A stretch of DNA of 64,000 nt from Eledone cirrhosa (GCA_964016885.1 OZ024756.1:21018001-21082000); one strand, 5' to 3'. Positions 43,290 to 56,785 are shown, counted from the first letter of the stretch. Notes: a model not told the origin generated them from the letters alone. Numbers and translations are program-made.

Positions 43290-43987
43290 ATATATGTAAC
43301 ATTTACCCCCAGTATCACTAGGCATACACACACAGACGCATGTATATGTATATACGCACATACATATATTTGTGTATATATCTCTCTCTCTCTCGCTCTC
43401 TTTCCCTCCTTCTCTCTCCCTCCCTCCCTCCCCCCTCTCTCTCTATATATATATTCTGTACCTATGACATCAAATCGATCTAAAGTCCCCACTATATGTA
43501 TGTATGCATGTATGTATGTATGTATGTATGTATGTATGCTTGTATGTATGTCTGTGTATAAAGGGGAGGGGGGGGTTAGAAAAGCTGAGCGAAGCAGATC
43601 AAGAACAACATAGAAACGGGAGAATGAAGAGAGGTGGTGAAGTTCCTGCAGGTATTTCAATTGTAATGTGTAGAGAACAGACAGGAATTCATTAGAATAT
43701 ATGAATAGATACTGCATTGTACTTTACCTGTGTAAATCTAACGATGCATTTTAAAGTGCTTTTTATTTCGCTCACACACATACATACACAACATAACAAG
43801 ACAGGACCAGAATATTAATTTAGTGGCTCTATACACCTTATTGTTTAACCCCAAGTTTGTACTGATCATGTAGTGCTATGAAAAGGAAGGTGCTGTATCT
43901 GTGGCTAAATCCTTAAAAGTTAAGTTAAGTTACAATATAAGAAAGTCACAGAAAAAATATTCACATTATACCTTTAAAAAGGGGGAA

Positions 43988-44828
43988 TTTAATGTTTAAA
44001 GTTTAATGTTTAAAGTTTAATGTTTATAGTTTAATGTTTATAGTTTAATGTTCATAGTTTCATGTTTATAGTTTAAAGTTTAATGTTTAAAGTTTAATGT
44101 TTAAAGTTGAATATTTAAAGTTGAATGTTTAAAGTTGAACGTTTAAAGTTGAATGTTTAAAGTTGAATGTTTAAAGTTGAATGTTTAAAGTTGAATGTTT
44201 ATAGTTGAATGTTTAAAGTTGAATGTTTAAAGTGTAATGTTTAAAGTGTAATGTTTAAAGTGTAATGTTTAAAGTGTAATGTTTAAAGTGTAATGTTTAA
44301 AGTTTAATGTTTAAAGTTTAATGTTTATAGTTTAATGTTTAAAGTTTAATGTTTAATGTTTATAGTTTAATGTTTATAGTTTAATGTTCATAGTTTCATG
44401 TTTATAGTTTAAAGTTGAATGTTTAAAGTGTAATGTTTATAGTTTAATGTTTAAAGTTTAATGTTTAAAGTTGAATGTTTAAAGTTGAATGTTTAAAGTT
44501 TAATGTTTAAAGTTGAATATTTAAAGTTGAACGTTTAAAGTTGAATGTTTAAAGTTGAATGTTTAAAGTTGAATGTTTAAAGTTGAATGTTTAAAGTTGA
44601 ATGTTTAAAGTTGAATGTTTAAAGTTGAATGTTTAAAGTTGAATGTTTAAAGTTGAATGTTTAAAGTTGAATGTTTAAAGTTGAATGTTTATAGTTGAAT
44701 GTTTATAGTTGAATGTTTATAGTTGAATGTTTATAGTTGAATGTTTATAGTTGAATGTTTATAGTTGAATGTTTAAAGTTGAATGTTTAAAGTGTAATGT
44801 TTAAAGTGTAATGTTTAAAGTTTAATGT
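43988..44828. repeat. 14-bp minisatellite, ~60 copies
   Basis: Unit GTT(G/T)AATGTTTA(A/T)A with blocks of variants. Confidence 0.93.
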
Positions 44829-45235
44829 CTGTCTCGAGCCCGGAAGCTAATCAGGCCAGTGCTTATCCCGGTTTGTCTAGCGTGTTGTGAAGTGTCTGGT
44901 GCATCGTAGGGTTAAAACCCCAGCTTCCGTTGGTACTAATTTGGAGTATGGATGTGACTCTTTTACTAGTTTCAATAATTGGATATCCAATTGATTATAT
45001 CGAACTAACTGTACTTACTGTAACCTAGGACTTGATTTATCAATCTATATAGCTAGAAAGGTCAAGTTAGGTTTTAGAGATGAAGCGAGGTAACTAGACA
45101 CACTGGCTTACACGAGTAAAACATTAGACTAAAAACACACACATACATACATACGCTACAAACACACTTGTGTGTGTTTACATATATATAGATGAATACA
45201 TTCATATGTATATATTCATATACGTGCATACATAC

Positions 45236-45280
<45 letters not shown>

Positions 45281-45286
<6 letters not shown>

Positions 45287-45550
45287 GAAACACACAGATA
45301 CATGCGGACACACACACATACATGAATGCATCCGCACCCAACCGTGAGTTAAGGGTGCCAACTTCACCGATGTTGTTCAATGAATGACTCCTCTTGATAA
45401 GTCGGCAGACCTCGCAAGGACTCTATATCTTTATGATGTATTGTTTTTGTTTATGCCACGAAACTACGTAGTCGAGGAATCTAGGAGCAGTTTAGGTATG
45501 ATACATTTTATTACTAATTATATCTAAATGTTTCTTCTCTCTTCATAATG

Positions 45551-45553
<3 letters not shown>
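45281..45553 (+). mobile_element. Third, 5'-inverted copy of the HHR element
   Basis: 45281-45389 is the reverse complement of the element core (~38828-38938). It is fused directly to the repeat unit from TCCTC-TTGATAA (45389) to ...CATAATGTAT (45553). The HHR spans 45389-45478 and the copy is flanked by (TA)n. Confidence 0.75.
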
Positions 45554-45609
<56 letters not shown>

Positions 45610-45639
45610 GTGTGTATGTACCGATATGAATATATACTT

Positions 45640-45728
45640 TCTTGATAAGCCGTAACAGCCTCACAGCGATGATGCATTTTTATAGTGCAGAAATATTACT
45701 CACGGATCGGCGAAACTGCAGTCAGGAC
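45640..45728 (+). ncRNA. Hammerhead-like motif, second U3-A8 family (stem I imperfect)
   Basis: TTGATAA-GCCG...CGGC-GAAAC-TGCA-GTC-AGGAC. The stem II base is a perfect 4 bp and the TGCA loop is palindromic, but stem I pairing is poor. Confidence 0.5.
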
Positions 45729-45782
45729 TTTGACGAAAAAATAGGTATATTTTTGCCTATTATTCCCTCATATTTTGTAATT

Positions 45783-45824
<42 letters not shown>

Positions 45825-45907
45825 TACACACACACATGCATGCATAAGTACAAACACACGTGTGTGTATGTATAAATATATGTACATGAATACATTCAGA
45901 CGCACAG

Positions 45908-45982
<75 letters not shown>

Positions 45983-46048
45983 CTCTCTGTCTCTCTCTCT
46001 CTTTCTGTCTCTCTCTCTCTCACATATATGTATACATATATATATATA

Positions 46049-46090
<42 letters not shown>

Positions 46091-46634
46091 TATATTTATG
46101 TATTTAGTAATTCTAGAGTTTCAGTCACATCAATGAGGTGAGAGCTTTTTAGTTCATTTGAAAAAAACAAAAACAAAACTAAAAATCATTTCGTTTGAAG
46201 AAAAAGAATATCTTAGGAATGCGTACAGCCAACCTCCCACACTTACACATAAATGCACACACACACACATACATGTGTGTATACATACATACACACTTAT
46301 ATGTATATATATGTTTGTATATATATATATATATATACATGTATATATAGCATATATATGTATATACATATATATATAATATATATATATATACATATAT
46401 ATATATTATATATATATGTATATTCATATATATAATATGTATATATATATATGTATATAATATGTATATATTTATATATGTATATTCATATATATAATAT
46501 GTATATATATATGTGTATATTATATATATAATATGTATATATAAAGGGCGGTGCTCCAGCATGGCCTCGGCCGGATGGCTGGAACAGGGAAAAGAGTAAA
46601 AGAGTAATATATATGTAATAAATATATATATAAC

Positions 46635-46737
<103 letters not shown>

Positions 46738-46758
46738 ATATATATATATATACATATA

Positions 46759-46837
46759 CAGGGTGTCCCCATAAAATGTATGCACATTTTTATTAGAATG
46801 CTGTTGAAGTGTATATACATTTTTGGGGGACACCCTG
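46759..46837. mobile_element. 79-bp Tc1/mariner MITE
   Basis: TA-CAGGGTGTCCCC...GGGGACACCCTG-TA inside (TA)n. Confidence 0.78.
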
Positions 46838-46878
<41 letters not shown>

Positions 46879-46962
46879 GGGGTGTCCCCGCCATAATGCA
46901 AAAATGTATATACATATCTATATATATACATATATCTATATACATGTAAATATACATATATG

Positions 46963-47031
<69 letters not shown>

Positions 47032-47033
<2 letters not shown>

Positions 47034-47480
47034 TGGCTGCCAACTCGTTTTCGAGTACGGCCACTACTTTATATCCATGTAGGAGGACCCCTACCGATGC
47101 GCTGAACGAGTGTGACTTTTTAGTCCAGCCAGCGACTTGAAAACTCTGGTACAAACACTACACTTGTGACCATTATTGACACAGTGCTGGGCCCATGGTA
47201 CCATGTGATGACAAGTGCAGAGAGATCTCCAGATACAAAGCAATGCCTGTGCCGTGAAGCTTTTATAGTGAGCTAAGGCACTGCACAAAGCCAGTCCCAC
47301 TCTCTTAACCAAGATGATATTTACCAAAAAGAAGAACAAGTCAACATCATTGGATACCTTCAGAGTTGCAGGTGTTATATCAGAGTTTTCCTTCTCCTAG
47401 AATTCTGCCTTGACAAAGGCTAAGGGGTCATCTCTCCCGGTGATTTTGGATGGCTATTGACTCTTAAGAGCTCCCTTGCC

Positions 47481-47482
<2 letters not shown>
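47032..47482 (-). mobile_element. Second, 5'-truncated copy of the non-autonomous RTE derivative
   Basis: Matches 17355-17803 and encodes [25 protein letters not shown]. Flanked by (TA)n. Confidence 0.62.
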
Positions 47483-47545
<63 letters not shown>

Positions 47546-48044
47546 GACATAAAGTGAAGACAATTTTGATTGTGTTTCTAGGTGGGCAATAAAAATTATT
47601 TCAATGTGTTAAACTACTGACATCACACAGCGTTCTGATTTAATTTACGAATAGCAGAATAATCCGCACCGGAATACTCTATGAGCTTGCCTCTTGCATT
47701 GCACATTAAACTTATCACCAATTGCATAGGACCACCCCCCACCAGGGGCCTGAAACAAGGTCCTTGACCCCCCCCCCCCAAATGGCTATCTTCGCCTGGT
47801 GCGCTATTAAACTTGCCTTTGGAGTATTTTACATACCAACTATAGTTCTCAAATTGTTAGCGTTGGTAGTTATGATGTTTACAGTTGTGATGTTGTTGAT
47901 GGTGATGTTGGTGGTGGTTGAGTTTACGGTAGTTGTGGTGTTAGTGGTATTGTTGGTGATGATGGTTGTCGTGGTTGTTTTTCTACAGTAGTTGTGGTGT
48001 TGGTGATGTTTGTGGCTGTGGTTGCATTATTATTGTTGTTGGTA

Positions 48045-48437
48045 AAGGGCAGTGGATTGGCAGTATCGGTAGCGAGTCGGACGCCATGCTTTGCAGCATA
48101 GTGTTACGGCCCTTTACCGTCTGAGTTCAAATCCCACCGAGGTTAACTCTGCCTTTAATCCTTACGGGGTCGATGAAATAAAGCACCAGTAATGCACTGG
48201 TTCGATTTAATCGACTTTCCCCTCCCCCCAAATTACTGGCCTTGTACCTGGCAGTATCGGTAGAGGGTCGGGCGCCATGCTTTGAAGCATAGAGTTACCT
48301 TCCTTTATGATCTGAGTTCAAATCCCGCCGAGGTTAACTTTGCCTTTCATCCTTATGGGGTCGATAAAATAAAGTACCAGTAATGCACTGGGATAATTGC
48401 TGGCCTTGTGCCAAAAGTAGAAACAATTATTATTATT
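48045..48437 (+). mobile_element. Two tandem family A SINE copies
   Basis: Copies at ~48045-48248 and ~48249-48437. An opposite-strand copy lies at 49048-49187. Confidence 0.8.
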
Positions 48438-49429
48438 TTTGTTGTTGGTCGGTCAGTTACCAGGATGTTACGTGACTGCTTGAGTAAGATTTAAAAAAAA
48501 TCAAAGCATTTTTTATTGGATTGGACTAGAAGAGTAGTTTTCCAAAGTTATTTTATCATAGAACCCTTATACGGTTTTCCAGAAATAGCGGATGCTATTC
48601 CTGTATTTTACAGACAACCCTCTCCCCCACCACTACACTAATTTTAACGAAATTAAATGAAAAAGTATTATTTATTACCTCAGAGAAACCCATAATCTAT
48701 TTGTTCCTGGGCCGACCTGGAACACACATTAGGAAACACTGATTCAAAGGAAAAGACTGTGATGGGATCGTGATATTCCCTGGATCTTCGGGACTTGACA
48801 AACTGTCCAAATTTTTTAGGCTCCTGGGGCCTATATAATATACAGTACGTGGAATACAACATCGATACGTCGAAAGTGTACTGCACCCTGGGTCATATTA
48901 ACTCATGGCCGGCCCTCTACGGTCTTAGATTTGTTAGCCCTCTTCTAGCATTTCAACATTTCACCCCACTACAATAAAAGAAAACAACTTTGATGGGTTT
49001 CTAATTTCTGTGAGGTCCTTGGGTTATTGCCTAGCCAACTTTATAAATAATTGTTTCTACTTTTTGGCACAAGGCCAGCAATTATCTCAGTGCATTACTG
49101 GTACTTTATTTTATCGACCTCGTAAGGATAAAAGGCAAAGTTAACCTCGGTGGGATTTGAACTCAGATCATAAAGGGCCATAACTCTTAATACTGCCCTG
49201 GTCATACCCCATAAATATTTATAAGTTAAAGGCGTGATTGAAACTCAATTATTAAGATGGGGGTGTGGGTGGGGTGGTGTGGGCGTGTGTGTGTGGGTGG
49301 TGGGGGTTTAATTAGCCAACCCCATCTGCAGCTGACATATCGTCACCTCATCATCTATCAGCTCTTTGTCACCATATCTTCACTCCTCACCTCTCACCCA
49401 ACACGAACACGAACTTTTTCCACGATCAT

Positions 49430-49892
49430 CAACCATAACCATCGCTGCCACCACCACCACTATCCCCCCCCCCCCTACCACTATCCCCACCACCACCACC
49501 ACCACCAAAATTACCACCACTATCACTGCCACCGCCAATATCACCTCCATCACCCATACCACCACTATCACCGCTTCCACCACCACCAACAACACCATCA
49601 CCAACACCAACACTATCACCACCATTATCACCACCAGCACCACCACCACCACCACTCCCCATCACCCATACCACCACTATCCCCACCACCACCACCACTA
49701 TCACTGCCACCGCCAATATCACCTCCATCACCCATACCACCACTATCACCGCTTCCACCACCACCACCAACAACACCAACACTATCACCACCATTATCAC
49801 CACCACCACCACCACTCCCCATCACCCATACCACCACTATCACCACCACCACCACCACCAGCACCACCATCACTATCACCCCACCACAACCA
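49430..49892. repeat. (CCA)n-derived higher-order repeat
   Basis: Duplicated blocks such as CACCACTATCACTGCCACCGCCAATATCACCTCCATCACCCATACC. Confidence 0.85.
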
Positions 49893-50171
49893 GTAGGAGT
49901 AGAATTAACAGCAGCAATTAGTTAGTCCATCAACGCTACCACCACTGTCTTGTCCCCTCCCCCACAATTTACATTAACACCACCTCACTGTAAATACCAT
50001 TCAGCGTCGCCTTCCCCAGCATCATCATGCACTAGAGTAAAGCACTCTACGTTTTGTATTCCTTAGGATTTTCTCGGTAAGGTATCAACCAGAGTTTCAA
50101 TATTATCAATTAGACAGACGGCTTTATTCATACATCTTTTTTTATTACATAATTCTCTTATTCATTTATTC

Positions 50172-50227
<56 letters not shown>

Positions 50228-50385
50228 TGAATATACAGGGGTGTGTATGATTGTGTATAGAAGATTATATTAATAAAAGGAATTCCAACTTTGTCTGATT
50301 TACTCGTTTTATTTACAATCCTTTAACATTTATAATGGTATTAGAATGAAATAGTATGGTAGAATATTAAATGTTAAGTGTTAAT

Positions 50386-50424
50386 TGAACAAGTACTTTC
50401 ATGCTTTCGCAATCTTCAGGTTCA
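50386..50424 (-). ncRNA. 39-nt minimal type I hammerhead motif
   Basis: Minus strand TGAAC-CTGAAGA-T-TGC-GAAA-GCA-T-GAAA-G-TA-CTT-GTTCA: canonical core, GNRA-capped stem II, palindromic AAGTACTT stem III region, stem I TGAAC/GTTCA. Confidence 0.62.
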
Positions 50425-50468
50425 TAATGTGTGGTGACAGTCAAGTTTGCAATTTTCAACTATATTTT

Positions 50469-50511
<43 letters not shown>

Positions 50512-50516
<5 letters not shown>

Positions 50517-50692
50517 AACCAGTAAGACCCCGACGGCTGAGCTCAAGCCGTTTCGACGGCTAATTCTGTCGAAACGGCTTGAGCTCAGCCGTCGGGGTCT
50601 TACTGGTTCCTATTACCCACTCTACTACCCCAAGTATTGAGTACTTTGGTGCGTTATGGTCCACCTGGTTCCTTACCACATTTCCTTCGTTA
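50512..50692. mobile_element. Second copy of hairpin-ended element, hairpin 50512-50613
   Basis: ATAGGAACCAGTAAGACCCCGACGGCTGAGCTCAAGCCGTTTCGAC is followed by its reverse complement. The copy is embedded in (TA)n on both sides. Confidence 0.6.
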
Positions 50693-50744
50693 TATATATA
50701 TATATATATATATATAGTTTAGGGATAGTACAGATGGTATAGGT

Positions 50745-51145
50745 ATGTCCTAAGTGTCCTTAATCATCGCCACCATGTCCTGCGTCTCCCAGAGACCAGT
50801 GTCTGTCATTAGGGCATCAATATATGTCAACATCGGTCTCCCTCTTCTAGTGTGTCCATGCAGGGGCTCCCACAGGACGACTGAGTGCAGTGTCAGCTCT
50901 GAATGTCGGTGAACATGTCCAGTGAACATGTCGCCTCTGTGTTACTTTCGAGCTGACTTTTGGAAGGCTCCCATACAGCTCTGAGTTCTTCATCCTCGTG
51001 TAGCACCCATCCACCACCTGAGTGAGTTTCTTGGTCAGTGTCCAAGTCTCAGACCCGTGCAGTAGTACAGAGTTCACTGTAGCAACTAAGAGACGGATCT
51101 TCAAGTCTTTACGAAGATCCGACTTCCACACCGACCTCAAACTGT
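50745..51145 (-). mobile_element. Degenerate RTE-clade LINE fragment (same family as 18655-19015)
   Basis: LRSVWKSDLRKDLKIRLLVATVNSVLLHGSETWTLTKKL..VDGCYTRM, followed by an internal deletion and frameshift. The nucleotide sequence resembles 18720-19010. Confidence 0.8.
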
Positions 51146-51649
51146 GGGACACATATATATGTATATGAGAGAGAGAGAGAGACAGAGGGGGGGGGGGGGC
51201 CAGTTCTGTGAGTGTGCGCGTTGGCATGTATGGTTCAATTTGGAACATATCCCATGATGCAGTAGTCCAGTGAAAAGCACCAGCTTGTGTTATTTTGTAA
51301 GGGTCACCAGCTGCACGGAGGCGAAACATAGAAGCATATATATCATCACGCTAGGAAGCATCTTGATTCGTTTTACACTTAAAAACAATACATCTGAAAA
51401 CATAATCAAGTCCTTCTATGTTATTTACTGTTGTTGTTGTTGTTGTTGTTCTTTATATTTTGGCTGATTAGAAAAGCTGAGAGGAAAAAAAAAACAAAGA
51501 AAGAAATGTCGATAAACAAAACACAATAATGACAGACATATGTTATATTAACAGGTCTATAGCTTTCTTTTCACAAACAATGTCTAACTTCTCTCTATCT
51601 TTCTCTCTTTTTCCTTCTTCTATTCCATCCCTTTTCCGTTAACTGCATG

Positions 51650-51681
<32 letters not shown>

Positions 51682-51690
51682 TATATATAT

Positions 51691-51748
<58 letters not shown>

Positions 51749-51799
51749 GTACACATATATATATGTATATATATATATACATACACCCCCACCCCCACC

Positions 51800-51858
<59 letters not shown>

Positions 51859-52054
51859 CGTATTCTTGTTCTATGCACAAACACATACGCGCGTATGTGT
51901 GTGTATATATAGTCAACACATATATATAAATACACACACACACATATTTATATACATACACACACACATATATATATATATATATAATATTTCGCAGACT
52001 AACTGAATCGAAAACAACTTCAGTCATATATATTAGAATAAGCATAGATTACAT

Positions 52055-52127
52055 TCCCGGGACACGTTCGCGTTTCTGGTAATTGGGTGTGTATTTAATA
52101 CAAGTCGAAGAACCTTCTTCAGTGGGA
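52055..52127 (-). ncRNA. Hammerhead-like motif (imperfect)
   Basis: Minus strand TCCCA-CTGAAGA-AGGT...ACC-A-GAAAC-GCGAACGT-GTC-CCGGGA. Confidence 0.45.
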
Positions 52128-52739
52128 GGACAAATAAAAGGTATTTGAATTGAACTAAATTGTATACATCGACAGAACTTAATACGTCAAACACGTGGTT
52201 TACATATCAAGTGGTAATGTCTGTAAATTAAAATGTATTCACTTTGTGAACCTACAGAGAAAGTGCATCAACAGCTTTGTATTCAATCTATGTTTCGAGA
52301 TACACAGGGTGGATGGGAGGAAACTGTATACTTCACCTTCTTCTTCACTCACTTATTCCTGAGAGGGTGGTGGAGGCAGGGTCCTAAAACACCCCTTCCA
52401 GTAGGTCCTTTCAGAAGCAACCGTCTCAAACTGATCCGGCTGGATCCCCAAGGGGGACTAGCCAAGCTCAGGGTCTACACGTCAGTCTTCAAGCAGTTGG
52501 TTTTGCCCGTAAAATCTGTCCAGCTATTCTTCCCTGAGATATTCTAACCACATGCCCATAGTATTGGAGCTGGGATTTCTCAATTCGGAGAAGTAGCGGC
52601 TCTACCTGGAGAGACTCTCTGATCTCCGAGCTACGCACTTTATAGAGTAAAGTTACTGTAAAGACTCTGTATTTAAAATTGTTAACAATTTTATTAATTA
52701 TTTGTCGATTTTCATAAAAGATATTACATTTTGAGCAGT

Positions 52740-53085
52740 ATAATGGTGGGAGTACAGTACAGTGTTAACATTCTACTGAAGCCCCAGCGTTGTCCTCCGG
52801 TTTTAGAAATCGTCTGGGCATATCATCGATTGGCCTCACCAGTATGTTGGTCAGTACATGGCGAATGTCTTCCTCCAATTGAGTCAGAGTCTTTGATTTT
52901 GAGCTATAAACTTCTTCCTTCGCCCACCCCAACTGGAAAAAAATCACATGGTGTTAAGTTAGGGCTTCTTGCTGGCGATTTATATTGCGCCTCGACGACC
53001 CAGTCAACGTCCTGGAAATTGGACATCAGGCCACTTACGGACAGTGCGTGCAAAATGAGGAGGGGGTTCTATCTTGCATAATATG
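52740..53085 (-). pseudogene. Tc1/mariner-superfamily transposase relic (DD41D-type catalytic region)
   Basis: With frameshift and stop repair the minus strand reads QD..P.HFARTVRKWPDVQFPGR*LGRRGAI*.PARSPNLTPCDFF..GWAKEEVYSSKSKTLTQLEEDIR. About 41 residues separate the second and third Asp. A possible TIR, CAGGGTG, lies near 52305. Confidence 0.72.
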
Positions 53086-53915
53086 AAGTCATTGATGTTG
53101 TCTCTAGTGGTCGCAGTAAGCCAAAGATTTGTAAAGTAATTTTCAATAGGGAGTTTCTCTCCACTCGCCATATAAACCATAAGTATTGCTCAAAATAGAA
53201 GAATGGATGTTCTATTTTGTAGAATACACAAAAAAGCTTAGTATAGAGTATGTTGGACCTCCGTCGTTGCTGACGAAGAGTGTCACAGTTGTTTGATCAA
53301 CGGAAATAAATGTACGAGGAGTAGCTGAGCATTCCACAGACAAGTGCATCCTTAACGTAGTTGGTGGAGGGGGTGGTGGTGAAATTCATCGTGACTTAGT
53401 GTGCGATAAATCTGACCCCTTTTAAATACAGGTTCAACTCATTTTTGCCATTTGAATCGTCTGCAACAACGTCAAGTACACAAAGTGTCTTCTCTACTAC
53501 ACGCAAAGAAAAGTGATTTAAATTCATAGCCAAGCATACTTAGTATTTACACCTCGTATATTCCATGTATTACTTTCGGTGGGTGTATATAACTTAATTC
53601 TATTATAATATCCTTTAGTTGTCTTCCGGGTGAATAATGTTTTGCTTGTATTATAATATCAGCTTAGCTATTAGATACACGAACGTGTCCAGAATATTTT
53701 ATATTCATTCCTTTAATATGTGTTGTGTATGTCACGACTTGTTTTAGATTAATATGTATGGAATATATATTTCTTTCTCTTTCTCCCCCCCTCTCTATGT
53801 ATATATATATAATATATATATAAATATGTATATATAATATATATTTCAATATATATATATATATATATAAACATTCATATATATATATATATTTCTGTAC
53901 ACACACACACACACA

Positions 53916-54023
<108 letters not shown>

Positions 54024-54361
54024 CATTTACACACACACACATACATATATATATACATTTACACACACACACATATATATATATATACATACACACACAC
54101 ACATACACATATATGTACATACACACACACACACAATATATATATATATATATACATACACGCACACACACATATATATATATATTTATATATATACACA
54201 AATAAACTATGCTATGTAAACTGAATAAATCAAAGAAATATAAAACAACTCCCAACAATGAATTAAACATATACTGTACCCCCACCCCACCCCGCCACCA
54301 CACAAACATACGGCCACACCAACACGCATACACGCATATATTTACATACATTCATTCATTC

Positions 54362-54392
<31 letters not shown>

Positions 54393-54619
54393 TGTATGTA
54401 TGTATGTATGTACGTTGTAAAGCGAATTATATATCTAAATATATATTTACGTATTTATGTATGTGTGTGTGTATATACGTATGTATGTGTTTATATTTAT
54501 ATATATGTATGCATGTATTTATGTATGTAGGTAGATATGTATGTATGCACGTATGTATATATGTATGCATGTTTGCATATATGCAACTAGGTAGATCTGT
54601 CTGTATGTCTGCATGTCTG

Positions 54620-54675
<56 letters not shown>

Positions 54676-54977
54676 ATGTACCTGAACAAAATACAGATTA
54701 TTTCTGCCTGTCACAACGCCCCAAACAACAAATCCGTTTATCAGGCAAACATCATATAGAAAACAATTTCAATGTTTATATTTTCTGTTCTTTCAACAAC
54801 CGGGTTGTTCGTTTTACTAATTTCTGCATTGTATCAAATATTTCGGTAAACTTCCGTTTCTTTTTCATATATATTCGTCCGAGAGGGTCGTAGAGTGGAT
54901 TAGCAGCTTTCGGTTCAGTGGTTGACAAAATACTTGTTAATATTTTATCGATAGATCAAATACTGCTAATATTCATT

Positions 54978-55156
54978 AATTGTTTCTACTTTAGGCACAA
55001 GGCCAGCAATTACCCAGTGCATTACTGTTACTTTATTTTATCGACCCCGTAAGGATGAAAGGCAAAGTCAACCTCGGCGGGATTTGAACTCAGATCGTAA
55101 AGGGACGTAACTATGCTGGAAAGCACGGCGTCCGACCCTCTACCGATACTGCCAAT
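54978..55156 (-). mobile_element. Family A SINE
   Basis: Nearly identical to the unit of the 6481 array. Diverged plus-strand copies lie at ~55955-56300. Confidence 0.85.
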
Positions 55157-56396
55157 ATTCATTAATACAGACTGGTCTAAAAGTTCTGTCCTAGACCATA
55201 ACAAATTATAATATATCATAGACCACCCGTGACCGGTTGGCTTATGTTCACTTAAAAATAATTTTTAAATAATTAAAATATACACAGATATGTCTCGCTT
55301 TCAATCTACTCTCTCATAACCACTATCTCATTCTCTCTATCTTTCTCTCTCTCTAATTATGAATGTACCCGGAAAAACTCCGTATCTCAGCAACCCGTGC
55401 TCCGATTTACGCGAAACTTATTTTATTCCATTTGTATTCCCATTTCAGATTAAACGGTCTATTGACTTTCGAGCCACACTGCATATGTTTATTCTGGCGG
55501 CGACACTCGTAGACTTGTTAGAACGAGAACATCGGATAGAATACTTTGTGGTATTCGTTTAGGCTTTCTGCTTTCTGTGTTCAAATCTTGCCGTGGTCAA
55601 CTTTGCCTTTCATCCTTTCGAGGTCGATAAAAAAGTATCAGTCCAGTATTGGAGTCGACCCCTCCTCCTCCTCCCCACTCTCCCTCTGGAGAGGAGAAGA
55701 GTTCTTTATGAAATGACTCAGTAACAGAACGTAACATATCCTTACACGTTTAACCTACAAAACGTAAATGTAAGCTATAGTTGCGTGACAAGTATGACGG
55801 GACGACATCACGGATAGAGGCGGCCTAAACCAACTGGCAAACACAATCAACTGTTGCTCAAAGACATATATACATATACATACACACTGGTGATTCGGTT
55901 CCCAAATTCTCCGCCCACAAGGGTACTTAATTCGATTTTTTTCGTCTATTATTGACGGTAGATTGGCAGTATCTGTAGAGGGTGGGACGCCATGCTTAGC
56001 AGCATAGAGTTATGGCCTTTTATGGTCTGATTTCAAATCCCGCCGATGTTACATCCTTACGAGGTCAATCAATAGATTAGAAATGGATTGGCAGTATCGG
56101 TAGAGCGTTAGACAACATGCTTTGTGGCATAGAGTTACAGCCCTTTACATTCTAAATTCCAATCACGCCGAGGTAAACTTTACCTTTCATGATTACGGGG
56201 TCGATAAAATAAAGCACCAGTAATGTACTGGGGTCTATTTAATTGACTTTCCCCTTCTCTTCAAATTGCTGGCCTTGTGCCTAATGTAGAATCAATTATT
56301 GATAGTTCAGCTGTATTGTGGGTGCCTTCAAACCGTATTTACAGACGATTTCATACGAATGAAACAGTTCTAGTCCCGTAGAAGCCATTTCTATAT

Positions 56397-56436
<40 letters not shown>

Positions 56437-56678
56437 ACACATACCCCGCATACATACACACGCCCACTCTCTTTAACACACACATATGTATATATATGAT
56501 TGATGTATAGTGTGATGCTATACATTTATGAGTGTAAATAAGGTCTTAAATGTCCAAAACAATCAGATAAGAATGGGTAACTTTGGAAAGCTTTAAAATC
56601 CTTTTAGAAATGCTTGCTATAAATTATGTTTACTGTATAATCCTGTACATTATATATATACACACAACCATATATGTT

Positions 56679-56712
<34 letters not shown>

Positions 56713-56750
56713 ACCTTACATGTTTATATATATATTTATATATACACATA

Positions 56751-56785
<35 letters not shown>

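Noticed and set aside
47091-47339. C2H2 zinc-finger gene exon
   Set aside because: It is a single finger in a dispersed repeat present twice with (TA)n flanks, and fits an RTE C-terminus better.
48680-48977. Possible transposase or APCDD1 exon remnant
   Set aside because: There is only a vague SxDL-like resemblance, with no convincing motif or compatible splice sites.
49257-49925. His/Pro/Thr-rich ORFs resembling extensin or mucin
   Set aside because: They derive from a (CCA)n repeat that is open in several frames on both strands, with no splice or domain support.
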